In this document: in pieces, positions 13,620 to 29,402 of the stretch
Numbering within the stretch: the first letter of the stretch is position 1
Layout of the letters: every line of letters begins with the position of its first letter
Origin: the human T2T-CHM13v2.0 reference genome, Homo sapiens
Length of the DNA stretch: 64,000 nucleotides
Assembly: GCF_009914755.1 (NCBI RefSeq)
Contig: NC_060930.1
Reading direction: 5' to 3' (one strand)
The notes under the pieces: generated by a model
Databases searched by the model: none
The model's input: the letters and a program-made list of their open reading frames with translations, nothing else
What the model was told of the DNA's origin: nothing
Position numbers and translations under genes: made by a program

Positions 13620-14918
13620 AGTCTCTTTTTAAGTTCCAGGTGTTATTTCTTCCAAGGACCCTCCTATTTCTCCCAGCCTGAGCCAAGTATTTCTTCTCCC
13701 TGATCCCACACTGCCAGATGCATGTCTTTTTGAAGTTACCACACTGCATTCAAACAATCCATCTAATGCATTGACTGTAAGCACCTTGAAGGCAGGCACT
13801 AGTCTTATTTATGTTATGCCCAGCTCGTATTACAGTGCTGGTATATAATGGGTTATCAATAAAAGCAAGCAAAATTAAACTCTGCATTTCATTTTCCATT
13901 GCTGGTTCTTCCTCTTAACGTAAGAGTGTCTCATAGCTCAGTCTTTGAAACCCTTCTCTGTTGACACTTATTTCCCAGGTGATCTCTACTAGTTTTGGCT
14001 TAAATCTTTGTGCTGATGACTTCCAAATGTCTATCTCTATCATAGACCTCTCACCTGAATTCCTGACCCACGTATTCAACTGCTTACTTGATATCTCCTT
14101 TCAGTTGTTCAATAGGCCCTCAAACAGAACATGTCCCAAACTAAACTCCTGATCATCCCTCCCAAACTAGCTATACCATCAGTCTCTCCCATATTAGCAA
14201 AGGGCATCTCCATCCTTCCAGTTACCCAGATCAAAACCCTAAGAGTTATCCTTGAGTCCTACCTTGCACACTTTACATTTAATTTGTCATCAAATCTTGT
14301 TAGCTCTATTTTCAAAATATATGCATAGTCTGGCACTTCTTCCCCTTCTGCTGCTATCATTCTCATCCAAGCCATCACTATCTCTTGACTGGATAATCAC
14401 CAGTGTCTTATCTGTCTCTGTGCATCTCCTCTTGTCACTTATAGTCTGTTCTGAAGACTGCAGTTAAAATGGTCCTTATAAAATACAAGTTATATAAAGT
14501 CCACACGTGCTCAACTCATCTCCCGTAGTCAGAGCACAGGTCTTTTCAACAGCCAGTGAGACCTTCATGATCTGCACCACCTTCTCTCCCCATCATTCAT
14601 GTTGCTCCAGGCACACTGGCCTCCTTGCAGACCAGGCAGTCTTGCATTTCAGGGTCTTCACACTTGCTGTTCTCTCTGCCTGCCAGGGATGCTCTTTGCA
14701 CAGATTTCCTCAAGACTCACTCCATCACCTCATTCTCACTTTTGCCCTAACATTGCTTTCTTAGTGAGGCCTTCATTGACAGCCATATCTTACATTTCAT
14801 CACTCCACATCCCCCCTACTTGCTTTAGTTTTCCATATCATCTCTGGTACACTATAATACACTTTTAAATTTTGCTGGAGTCTCCACCTTGCATCCCTGG
14901 ACTAGAAGGTAAGCTCCT
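13620..14918 (+). mobile_element. L2 LINE fragments (about 13620-13870 and 13890-14918)
   Basis: tgctgatgacttccaaatgtctatctc, aacatgtcccaaactaaactcctgatc and gactgtaagcaccttgaaggcagg are L2 motifs. Confidence 0.8.
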
Positions 14919-14919
14919 A

Positions 14920-15360
<441 letters not shown>

Positions 15361-18181
15361 TTATTTTCTTTTATTTTTTAAGCCATAACCAGACGTTGGT
15401 AACCCTTTTGACCCAAGGTCAGCTCTCTTTTGGTATTTCTATATTGAGGCCAAGAAAATTCTCCTTTGGCACTGATCTGTCCTTATACAAGGAAGGAACT
15501 GGCAAATAATCGGGCAGTTTCATAGTATACAAATGGTCTTATTCTTATCTTGGGTGTGTATATTTTGGCAGAGCCTCCACTAATGGAATTGGTCATATCT
15601 GTGCTTAGCTGCAGCCACTCAGATTTTGTTTGCACTTACTGCTACTGCACCCATTCCACCAATAGACAGTGTTATTACACCTTCTTTGTGTATGCTTCTC
15701 TCAGACATTGATGTTGTTTTGCCCTGGAAGATTGCAAAGCTTCCATTTTTTGAGCCAACTGGACACAGTTGACAGCTCCCTTCCAGCACTTGTTATGACT
15801 CCAGTGATGCCCCAGCTTCTGCCAGAAATCCAAGTCACCCTCCAAGTAGGACCCTTTTCTGGATTCTACTCTTAGCACTACCCCCTCTGCCATCTCCTAG
15901 AAGAGGGAGAGACAGCATCTCGGGTGAGGGGGGGGCAGTGCAGATTTGAGGTATGGTTCGTTGAGGTGTCATCCACACTTCTTTCTTGACCCTTATTGAT
16001 CTATCCTCGGGGAGCGCTGACCACCAATGGCCTGTGAGCCGTCCACAGCCTTCACATTCCACTTTCAGCTCTTAGAGATGACATGCTGTCTATGTAGCAG
16101 GAAGTCACTTCTGATGCCCATGGTATGAAATACGTCACCCACATGCCTCAGCTGTGATGCACATAATTTCAGAATCATCGACTTGTCATTGACTCTTCCT
16201 CCCTCAGTCCCCTCCAACCCAGTCCCATGGAGAAGAGCAGGTATTTGAGGACATGGCATTCCTTCTTGTCTTGGCCTAGGAGGGAATCTATTTAGAAGGA
16301 AGCTACACTTTTCCTCTCAATGTACACATGTCATTTTGTCCATGAACACTGGGCAGTCACTCCTGTTTTAACCTCTACTTCTTTACGTACATCCTGGGTG
16401 CGGGCACTCTCCAATGGCGGATACCATATACTGCAGTAACAGCGAGGCTGATCTGCAAACATCAGGCAGAATCCTGGTTTGGGACTGCAAAGCCCTGTCC
16501 TCACAATACCATCTCCCATCCAAATTCCATCATTCTATGCTATTTTCAGTGCTTCAACATTTCCTTTGACTCCCAAAAAAGTTTCCCTCATTTTTACCTC
16601 TGATTGTAGAGATAATTTCCTCAGAATTTATCAAGGCGATTAGTGAACAGTCATAATGCCAAAACCACTAGACAAATATGTACTGAAGAGTCATCCATGC
16701 CAGGAGAAAATCAGAATAAAAAAATGTTAGAGCAAAGGGCGGCGGGGGTGGTTGGAGGGGGGTGGGCAGAGCTAGTGATGATTTGTTCCAACTATTTAGT
16801 ATTAAAGTTGAAAGGCTTAACCAAGGTCACAAGCAGCGTTAGTGTCAGAGCCAGACTTAGAATTTAGATCTTGTGTCTCTGCATCCCGTGCTGTTACCTT
16901 ATGCTCTGGTGAACCCCCAGCCCCCACCAACACATGCATTCCCATCCCCAATTTTCTGGTAGGAGAAATAATGGTTGTAAGTAGAATAAGGACACATAGA
17001 GGTAAACTCCTGTTACACCTCTGTACTGACGAGAAGAATAAAAACTCTGTCAACATTTATCCTCTCTTTATTTATTAAATCCAGATAACACATCTGACGC
17101 AAGCCAGCAACAGAATTTCCTTGTTAACATCATTATCACAGAAGTAGACCAGCACCAGTTAGGCAGTCTCTTTTCCATCCACAACCCCCAAGTCCCACCC
17201 ACTTACCTAGGTACCAGCTTTCATAGAGTACTCAGAACAGCATCATAATAGGCGATAAAGGCCTGAAACCTCCTTCTCAGACAACACCCACAAACAAAGC
17301 TTTGCCATCAACAAGTCAACAAGCAAGCTTTATTGCAGAAGTTTCTCCACGTTGTACTTCCCCAGGCTAGAATTAAGCTCACATCATGCCAAATAGCTGT
17401 ATTGCCCTCTTGAGACAGACGCATAGGCTATGCTCTGGCTAAAATGCTTCAATTTGATTCTTACCTGACTCTAACCAGGGAAATACTGAAAAGTGGGGTG
17501 ACAACCACAGGAACATTTGAGGGGACAGAATAACTGACCCAAGTCAGATTGGGTTCCAGACGAAGCATAACCCAAATGCCTGCTGTGAATCCTGGTCTAT
17601 CAAAATTCTAGATAAAATTGCTTTTCTCCAGCTTGTGGAAGTTCAGAGCCCACCTCAGGGTGCCTGGGAATTCCTAAGGATGTTTATATTCTCCTGGCCT
17701 GGTCAACCCATAGAACTGCCACATTCCTAGTATGTTGTGTCTGTGTGGCTCTAGGTTGGTGCAAAAGAAAAACAGCCCCTTTTTTGAATTTCACCACACA
17801 CCCAGTAAATGTGAACCTAAAGTTTGGGGGTAAAGGAGTGACTAAAGTCATATTTACAACCAGAAAAATAACCAAGTTGTGACTGGAAGGGTGGATGTTA
17901 CTATTTTATTGGGATATTCTGACCACCTCTTCACTGAGCGCTCCATAGACTCCCACCTTCTCTAGTGCCAGCTTCCCACCATCTTGCTGACCTCTCTTCC
18001 CTTCTTCCCTGTAATCTCCACTCTTCTCTCATTGGCTCCTCTATCTATGGGGATAACAAACATATTCCACCCCTCACTTTATGCATGAGGCCCTCTACTC
18101 TCTTAGAGGTCTGAGTCTCAATTGCTTTCTAGGTGCCTATCACACTATTTTTCTAAAGACGGTTTCTTCCCAAGGAGGACT

Positions 18182-18939
18182 AAAATGCTCACCATCACTG
18201 GCCATCAGAGAAATGCAAATCAAAACCACAATGAGATACCATCTCACACCAGTTAGAATGGCAATCATTAAAAAGTCAGGAAACAACAGGTGCTGGAGAG
18301 GATGTGGAGAAATAGGAACACTTTTACACTGTTGCTGGGACTGTAAACTAGTTCAACCATTGTGGATGTCAGTGTGGCGATTCCTCAGGGATCTAGAACT
18401 AGAAATACCATTTGACCCAGCCATCCCATTACTGGGTATATACCCAAAGTATTATAAATCATGCTGCTATAAAGACACATGCACACGTAAGTTTATTGCG
18501 GCACTATTCACAATAGCAAAGACTTGGAACCAACCCAAATGTCCAACAATGATAGACTGGATTAAGAAAATGTGGCACATATACACCATGGAATACTATG
18601 CAGCCATAAAAAAGGATGAATTCATGTCCTTTGTAGGGACATGGATGAAGCTGGAAACGGTCATTCTCAGCAAACTATCGCAAGGACAAAAAACCAAACA
18701 CCTCATGTTCTCACTCATAGGTGAGAATTGAACAATGAGAACACATGGACACAGGAAGGGGAACATCACACACCGGGGACTGTTGTGGGGTCGGGGGAGA
18801 GGGGAGGGATAGCATTAGGAGATATACCTAATGCTAAATTACGAGTTAATGGGTGTAGCACACCAACATGACACATGTATACATACATAACAAACCTGCA
18901 CGTTGTGCACATGTACCCTAAAACTTAAAGTATAATAAT

Positions 18940-18971
<32 letters not shown>

Positions 18972-19000
18972 AAGAAAGTAAAAAGATGAAAAAAAAAAAA
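18182..19000 (+). mobile_element. 5'-truncated L1PA3-like LINE-1 (ORF2 C-terminus, 3'UTR, A tail)
   Basis: ORF2 peptide ...[34 protein letters not shown]...; L1PA 3'UTR with G-rich tract; long A-rich tail. Confidence 0.97.
18183..18731 (+). pseudogene. LINE-1 ORF2p C-terminal fragment (182 codons, Cys-rich CCHC region), frame uninterrupted
   Basis: ORF track 18081..18731; residues 35-216 match the L1 ORF2p C-terminus to the native stop. Confidence 0.9.
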
Positions 19001-19209
19001 GATATCCCTTTCTCTTACCCCTATATTGGGACAATTTCACAGGTACAGGTGGGGTAGTTATCCATATACCTAATGTCTAAGATGAAGTAGTGATTTCTGA
19101 GCAGAGAAAGAGGCAATATGAAACTTGTGTTAAACTTGTTTAACGATGTTTGGCTTTTCCTTATGATGTCTGGCTCATGACTTAGAGCAAGAAATGGCAT
19201 TCTAAATAA

Positions 19210-19569
<360 letters not shown>

Positions 19570-20129
19570 TCCAGGGCCTATATTCTTTCATGGAAGAATG
19601 TTAAGTGGTTCTTTTTAACATATTAGAATACAGTTTTTAATTAAAAGTGTAGCGAATGGCACCACAGTATGAAAAATAAGATGCCAGGTGACATCAGAAG
19701 TATAAACTGTCACTTCTGTAGCAGGATTTGGGAAGCAACGGGAAAACCTGTTTATCTGTACCTCATTCCTAAAATTACACTTTTGGAGACAAATTGCTTT
19801 AAGTGAAGAAACTGCCCCTACTCTGACTCAGGTATCTTTGAAATGTTTACATATTGTTCATTTCCATTTCCAGTGAGTTCCATATTAGTGTGAACTAATT
19901 TAAACCAGCAGTTAAAGATTTAACACGGATGACAGTAGAGATAACAGGAGGACAATGAGGGTAGAAAGAAGTGGGAAATGGTGTGGGGATGGTATTTCCG
20001 AGAGCAGTTATTTATGGGCTGGCATGCAGCTTGCATGTAAAAATCATTCTGCCAATTATCAGTGGAATTGCTGTAGCCACATAAACTGGCAATCCTATTA
20101 TTTATGTTAGTTTTCTCACTCCTTGAAAT

Positions 20130-21130
<1,001 letters not shown>

Positions 21131-21139
21131 GGTGTCACA

Positions 21140-21636
<497 letters not shown>

Positions 21637-22880
21637 AGAACAAATTGAACACTCAAGAATTGATCATTTAAAAAATATTTTTTGACCATTAGTTTTAAAA
21701 AATATTAGTTAGCAGTGACTAATGTGGAGGTAAGGTTATAAAAGAAAAAACAAACTAAAACGCTAGGTAACTGTTAAAAGGAACATAGTAGGTATTCAAT
21801 TAGTACTTTTAAAATAAGTAATTAAATCAAGGACAGATTTTACCTCTTATCTCTTTTTCAGTTGGTAGGATATATACTGTTAGTGGAATCCAGTATACCC
21901 CAAAGAAAAGTCACAGCATGGTTGTGGTTGCTAGTATATCCACACAAGGGTTTTCTGTTCACATTAATGCCCCCTGAAGCCCTTTGTTTGTTAATAGGGG
22001 TACAGAGCTCCCCCATGCCACAACCTTAACCATAGTGAAAGTAATTTCTGAGGAAGAGCTAGAAATTCCCAGTACAAAACAGATGCTCAATAATTTATAA
22101 GACCTACAATAGAAGGGTGACATCGCTAGATCAGTATCACCTTCTGGTCAACCAGATGAATCATCTGTGTGGTGAAAATTACCACCCTCAAATATTCATC
22201 CCACCTCCCTACAGAGTCACTGCTCCTGGGCTCCTGTTTAATGCCTAATAATCGTGTCCCTATACTAAGACTCCTCTCAATTCCTTTGAGGGATGATGTA
22301 TTCTTTTTAAAATGCCCTTTCAAGAATACATAATATGTCATGCACAATGACAATGTTTGCTTGAGAAAGAAATCTGAAAAAAGACTGGCCGACGCCAGTG
22401 TCTATGAAAAACAACAATGGCTCTGAAACTCAGCGCCAAGAAATGGCCAAAAATAAGATCACTGAGGAGAAGCACAAAGTTGGAGGCAGCAGTGATGGGA
22501 ATGGAAAACGAAGCATATATGAAAATTAATCAAACTTTCTGAAGTTCAACTCCTTGGGGAGAAGGAAGAATGTGCCTCTTAAAAGCATAGAGACGTGGAA
22601 TGCTGCAAAACCACAGAGCTCGTGAGTGAGCTTAGGGGAACTAAATATTAACTTGATAGTTAGCAAGGTCTTGGTACCCAAAAGCACCACTTTTATGTTA
22701 CCTGTAGTGAATCGTTTTTAAAGAAAATACAAGGATAAATAATTTCCATGTCCTACACATATCGCTCAGTAAAGTAACTCCTGTTCAAAACAACTTGCTT
22801 GTTTTAATACTGGAGAAAAGCACTAGCTGTTCACTTCAAGTGGCTTTCCCCTAAATCCACTGAATTCTCTGTCTCCCCAG

Positions 22881-23013
22881 GTCCAAGTTGTGGATATGTC
22901 ATTGGTTTGTTACCCTCTTTATTCACTGGTCTTCTCTGTCTCATACCACAATGGCAAACCCAGAGAGATGGACCGACCTAGTTGGCCTGGTGATCAGGTT
23001 GCTGCTAATGAAG
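22881..23013 (+). other. Candidate internal exon (133 nt) of an unidentified, probably non-coding transcript
   Basis: Acceptor ttctctgtctccccag|G and donor AAG|GTGAGT, in unique sequence. Confidence 0.5.
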
Positions 23014-24447
23014 GTGAGTTGCTCTGCTTTCTAGCCTGAGCTTTCTATTTTAGGAATTTAAAGGGTAAGAGATTGAAGACAAAGGTGTTCACAGTGGCTG
23101 CTACTGCAATTCAAAATGGTCTAGCATTGTACAGATTGTCGTCGGGCCTCAGGGAAATTGCTCAGCCCTCCACAGCTCCCATGGCCTATCTCAGCACAAT
23201 GAGGGGGTCCACATTTCCAAGTTCAAGACCTTTCATAACTACGTCACCTTCTATTTATCAGAGTCTTCCTCTCAGGACCACTAAACTATTTTTGGATCTG
23301 AAGCACAGTATACAAAACATAGCTACATATCAACAATTACACGATTATTCCAGACCCATCGCCCTTGGTTTTGCCTCATCTGACCTGGAATATTAAGGGA
23401 GGGAAAACCACATCTATTTTTAGTTTCTTCCGGAATTCCTCAAATTGTTCACTTTTCCATTTTGTTGAAAGCCATTAAGATCTAGACTTTGTGTTTTACC
23501 CAGCAGTGTGTGCACATACTTACGGCACATCTTTGTCTGGGACTCTTCATTTGAACCTTCTGGGCTCTCACTAAATATGGGCAATCTTATGAGTGACCTC
23601 TTGCCCCTGAGTCACCCGAATCCACTAATGTCTCTCTCTCTCTCTCAAAAACAAACATACACACACATGCATGCACACTCCTATGCCACATACACACTCA
23701 CACTTCTATACATAAAATTAGAGAGCAGCCAGCACACATAATTCTGGACCATGGAGATATCTAGCAGAGTTGACACTTGGACCAGATCTTTTATTGACTT
23801 TCCCCTCCATTATTTTCAGCAATAATCCTTATTTGCTTGACTAATTCTTTTGATTTAAAGCAATTGACTGAAAAAGAAAACATTTTACTTTATGCTACTA
23901 CTAAAATTCAGTGAAATGTTTAAGTGTGAACTCAAATTTGTATGTGCCAAATAATAATAGTATGCCTTGAAGTTTGCACTCTTCACTGTTTTAAATTTTA
24001 AACAAAAATAAAAACTCTATAAGGTCCCATATAATGACAGAATTGAAGCTACATATGTTCAGTTTCTTTACAAACACCATGCTAACATTGTGTGTTTTTA
24101 ATCTACTGTTCAAATGCAGGGATGTGTCATTCTGCAGAGGCTGGAGAGACTTCAGGCAAACTCAACAGTCCCAAACCCTTAGAAACTTACTCTTGGAACA
24201 AACATATGTAGCTGAGTTCCTCTGTGTCAGGAGCTGCTATATAAATGAGAGTTTTCTGAATTACCTTCTCTGTAGAACACTATTTATTAAAAGGTAATAA
24301 ATAAAAGTACATTAATTAGCAGCTTATATTACTGAAACTCACCAGTAATAGTAGCAATTGTTTAGAACTTAGACCTTCAATAGATTTTTTAGGAAAAATA
24401 CTTAATCACTGATGTTGTTTGGGATCACCACCATATGGTGATAGTTC

Positions 24448-24752
24448 TTTTTTTTTTTTTTTTTTTTTTTTGAGACGGAGTCTTGCTCTGTTGCCCAGGC
24501 TGGAATGCAGTAGTGTGATCTTGGCTCACTGCAACCTCCGCCTCCCGGGTTCAAGCCATTCTCCTGCCTCAGCCTCCTGAGTAGCTGGGACTACAGGCGT
24601 GTGCCACAAGGCCCGGCTAATTTTTTGTATCTTTAGTAGAGACAGGGTTTCACTGTGTTAGCCAGGATGGTCTCGATCTCCTGACCTCGTGATCCACCCG
24701 CCTCGGCCTCCCAAAGTGCTGAGATTACAGACGTGAGCCACTGAGCCCAGCC
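24448..24752 (-). mobile_element. Alu (AluSc8/AluY-like)
   Basis: T24 tail; gtgttagccaggatggtctcgatctcctgacctcgtgatcc; degenerate TSD gatagttctt/gataatcctt. Confidence 0.97.
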
Positions 24753-25519
24753 GATAATCCTTAAAAATGATTTAGTCAGTTTTATTGTTGATTTCAAATT
24801 CTCTACGAACAATGCACCACCTTGTTGCCTGCACTTGAGAGAAACCCCCACCACTCCACCCTGGTGTCACGGATTCCAGAGTGTCTCTTGTGGGCTCTTC
24901 ATGCAAGCACAGGAGACCTTCATTCAGAGGTTCCCCATTTTCTCTTCATTAGCCTAATTTATCTCAGAGCAGTACTTTTAGGGGTACAGACCCAAGGAGG
25001 GTAGAGGAAGAATTTGCCACTATCAAATAAAAGTGGAGAGAGAGCTCATATTAAAGGAAGGCCACGTGAATCCGATTCACTAAGGCATTTCCCAGCTTCT
25101 CAAGGGGAAGCTAATGTTGCCTTTCTCCTTTTCCCCAAGTCCCTCTCCTGCTCCTGAATTCAACTCCATCTGGAAACATCTCCCTGACCCAGAGGAAGGA
25201 AGGGCTGCACAGATGTCTGTCAGTGCAGTTCCAAGCCTCCAGGGTCACCTGAAAAAAACAAGTGTGTTGTGTAATGCTGACCTGGAGTGAGAAGGAAAAC
25301 AAGCTTTGACTCCACTTGACCCTGAAGGAAGGAAGCAGGAAGCCTTGTAGGGGGACGGGGTGAAGGCGTCCTCCGGAATGAGGTGTCCTATTACCGCCTG
25401 ACCCTCTCCCTAATCAGGAATGCGGAATGAATGGCTCCAGCCCAGAAAGCAGAGCAACTGTAGCAGTTTCCACACCTATCTCAAAATTAGAAAACTTGCC
25501 TTGCATCGGAAACAATCCT

Positions 25520-25760
25520 TATGGCTCCTACTGTTTACACCACCCTAGGCACAGTGTGTCGGGTCCTGCTCAATCTTCACAACACTGCATTCTCTCCTCA
25601 CCCCCATTTTACAGATGAGGAAAATCAGTCTCAGAGAGGTTGAGTTGGTCAGGATGGAATCCAGAGCTGCCCCATGCCCAAGGCCTTCCTCCCTGGGATG
25701 GGGGCTGGCTGGGGCTTGAACACTCCCGTGCCTGTATCACCTGTAGATTCTAGAGCATTA
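25520..25760 (-). mobile_element. MIR SINE
   Basis: ccccattttacagatgaggaaaatcagtctcagagaggttgag. Confidence 0.75.
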
Positions 25761-25838
25761 AACTTCAGACTTTGTGGTTTCGCTGTTGGTCATATGGTGC
25801 TGAGGTCCTTACTGTATCTTCTCTATCTTTTCTTCCAG

Positions 25839-25935
25839 ATCTGCCTGCCAAACCTGCCTTCCTCAAAATATCCCTTCATGTGAAAGCATTATGAGAAAGG
25901 GTAAATCTAATTGTATACTATAATAGTGGCAGTAG
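25839..25935 (+). other. Candidate internal exon (97 nt)
   Basis: Acceptor tcttctctatcttttcttccag|A and donor TAG|GTGAGT (weaker alternative donor AGG|GTAAAT at 25900). Confidence 0.45.
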
Positions 25936-26004
25936 GTGAGTTTACGTCACACACGCTAGGAAACTGCTTTAATCTTTCGACATCTCTCTCTTTCCAAATC
26001 ATGC

Positions 26005-26669
26005 ACGCATTCATTCCATCATCAAACATTTATTGAAAATCTACACACCAGACACTGTTCTAGGCCCTGGGGATAAGAAGTAATGAAAACAACTGTCCCC
26101 TAGGAGTCTGCACTCTAGTTGAGGGAGGTGCTGGCTAGCCTCTGTTTACCCTCCAGGTCCATCTTTGCCCTTTTCTGTGCCCCAGGAGGCTAGCCCCGCA
26201 CTCTACTGTGCCTTGTCCTCTGGGAGGGTGATGGAAGGTAGGGAGAGTGGGAGATCCCAGCGGGAGGTTGTAGTATGGAAGCACTGGAGAGCTAGGCATT
26301 TTCTCCCCGCCAACTCCTTCCAGGCTGCAGTTTTGGCAGTGGTTGTGTTCCTGCCCTCTAGCCACAGATCCTGGGGGATCCCCCTCTCCCATAGCCACAG
26401 ATCTTGGCAGGTTCCTCTGACACCTCTCTTACCTCCCCACCCTTCTTGACCCTTTTTACTTAATGAGAGGCAACCCATGGCTGCTCAATGCTGTCGGTTC
26501 TATGTTGACTTAACTGTTCTTACCTCTTCTGTTACCCTTTGAGAATGTCACTTCTTTTCTGCCAGGACCTTGACTGATACAGAAATACAGAAAATAAACA
26601 AACAAATGAGTTATATGTCTGATGAGCAAAAATGCTATGAAGAACATGAAGCAAGGTACAGGCAATAAG

Positions 26670-26670
<1 letters not shown>
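26005..26670 (-). mobile_element. L2 3' end interrupted by LTR33
   Basis: cattcattccatcatcaaacatttattgaaaatctacacaccagacactgttctaggccctggggata. Confidence 0.75.
26129..26581 (+). mobile_element. LTR33-like ERVL solo LTR
   Basis: Start ...tctgtttaccctccaggtcca...ctgtgccccaggaggct; end ...tttctgccaggaccttgactgataca. Confidence 0.75.
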
Positions 26671-26671
<1 letters not shown>

Positions 26672-26704
<33 letters not shown>

Positions 26705-26712
26705 TGTGTTTG
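26672..26712 (+). repeat. (TG)n microsatellite
   Basis: Read directly. Confidence 0.95.
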
Positions 26713-26953
26713 TGTTGATGGGGTGGCATCAAGCCCCTCTTTCTCCCATGTCACTGAAATTCCCCTTATGACACTTACCTCATGTTTTCCCAGCCCCTCA
26801 CTGCCTCAGATTTCATGCCATTGGGTTTTCTACTAAATCTTTTATTTTCTTATTTTAGTAAGCAGAGCAGTTCAGGTCAATTGTGGCTCCTACCTTAAAA
26901 TGTGTACCTCAGTCCTCCCAACCATTCGTCACCATTCTAGTTGCAAGGCAACA

Positions 26954-27494
26954 CAGTGGTCCCTGATTATCTGAGGGGGATACATTCCAAGACCCCCAGT
27001 GGATGCCTGAAATCATCAATAGTACTAAACCCCATATATACCATTTTTTATATGCATGCATACCTATGATAAAGTTTAATTTATAAATTAGGTACAGTTA
27101 AGAGATTAACAACAGTAACTCACAATAAAATAGAGCAATTATATAATATACCAGCATCACTAATCTTGTGCTTTGGGGCGATTATTAAGTCAGATAAAGG
27201 TCACTTGAACACAGGTGCTGCAATACATATCTTGACAGTCGATTTGATAACTGAGAAAGCTACTAAGTGACCAATGGTCAGAAATAAACTGGACAAAGCG
27301 ATGATTCACATTCCAGGTAAGGCAGCATGAACAGCATGAGATTTCATCATGCTGCTCAGAATAGCATGTAATTTAAAACTTATAAATTTTTTTTCTGGAA
27401 TTTTCCATTTAATATTTATCGACCCCACTTGACCATGAGTGGCTGAAACCACAGAAAGCAAGACTGCTAATAAGTTGGGGGGTAGGGTCTACTG
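26954..27494 (-). mobile_element. MER44B-like TcMar-Tigger MITE
   Basis: cagtggtccc...ttatc and ...ctactg termini; internal ggatacattccaagacccccagtggatgcctgaaa; about 540 bp. Confidence 0.85.
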
Positions 27495-28201
27495 ATTCAG
27501 AGTTATCAATACCAGAAATGTTTCCTATTACATGTAACTTATGAATAAACATGACTTACAGTTTAATTTTAGTGTTTGGGAAAAATGTACATTCTTTAAT
27601 TCTGGAAAGCCTGCAGAATGAATTCCAGTGTTCACTCTGAAAAGTCTTTGCTAGAAGAATAACATTCCAGGTGCCTTCTACAGCAGTATCCTCCCTTTCC
27701 CTTCCTTTCTGCTGGCCTCAGACACCATCACCTGCTATCTCATAAGAAGCAAATCAGAGCTGAGTGTGGTATCTTCCTCCCACACTCTTCTAACCCTTGA
27801 TAAACACCTTTGACTGGCAAATAGCACTTGTCTATTTCTGTATTTTTTGGCTCTTTCAGTCATCTTGGAAGCCAATGAGAATGAGAAACTTGGGGGCTGC
27901 TGTGAAAAAGGCAACAGATTCTGATAGGTGAGGCCACTGGAAGTGACTGGTCCTCTAAGCCAGTGATAAAATCTTGGAGTTCACCCCCTAATCCCACCAG
28001 ATGAAGGAGCATCTTGGTGGATGGGGATCAGCACCTTAGTGATCACTGCACTAGGTTGCAGAGATTCACATGGGTAAGGTGCTTAATCAACCCTTTGGGT
28101 GTCCCCTGACCAGGACTTCTGGGTTCCCCCTGTGAGTTCCCCCGCCTAGAGTCTCAAGGTACAGGCCTAAGATCTTCATCATTAACAAACTCTCCAGGTA
28201 A

Positions 28202-28616
<415 letters not shown>

Positions 28617-29402
28617 TTTTCTGATTACATAAAAGCAAAAATCCCAGGGACTCATTGCTTGCTCCTTTAACTAGTGGTTCTCTTCTACCTGTGGGGCAGG
28701 AATCTTGCTTTAACATGGTTCGTTGAGTGGCCAGTTTCAGGGTATCTGGATTGGGGACAGGCAGGGCTGAAGCTTAAGGAGGGCTCAAGGTGGGCTCAAG
28801 GTGTGGAGGGGCACAGGAAACAGGAGGGCACTGGTTTGAGAAGAGTGTAGAGACTTGTGAAGACACACAGTAAATAAGTAGGTAAACAAATTAGTATATG
28901 TGACTTCAACTAAAATCTGTGTGTGAAAATTAAACAAATGAGGAGAAAGAGTAACTTAATTAAAATGTATTGTCTCTTGGGCCCAATAAAAGTAATTTTC
29001 TGTTTATTTCCTTTTTATACAATCACTGTTAATTTCAATTATTTTTAGTAGCTTCCTTTTGAACTCATTGTTTCAAAATTCAAAAGTGACTTTCACTAAA
29101 GGTTGAATTTTGTTTGTGAGGACATGGAATGGGGAGCTTCAACTAATTAATTTTACTGGTATACTAAAGGTGAAAATTTACGTAGTGCTGAAAAATCTTC
29201 AAGCATGTATTTAGCCCATTTTTTCTGTATATAATAGAGATTGTAAATGGAATTGAATCCACTTTCGATGAATGAGGATTTCCAGCTACTTCCAGATATT
29301 CTCAATGGCATTTACATTTTAATACTATAGATGGAGGAGTTTAGACTACTAGAATGATTATAAAATGCTCACAGGAACTTATTTCCTTGTGATTTTCAAT
29401 TA

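Noticed and set aside
26359-26405. Repeated tagccacagatc
   Set aside because: Lies within the LTR33 copy; likely an internal LTR duplication.
28860-29400. Possible second DNA-transposon coding remnant (AT-rich, faint minus-strand similarity)
   Set aside because: I could not recover convincing ordered motifs; it needs an HMM search.
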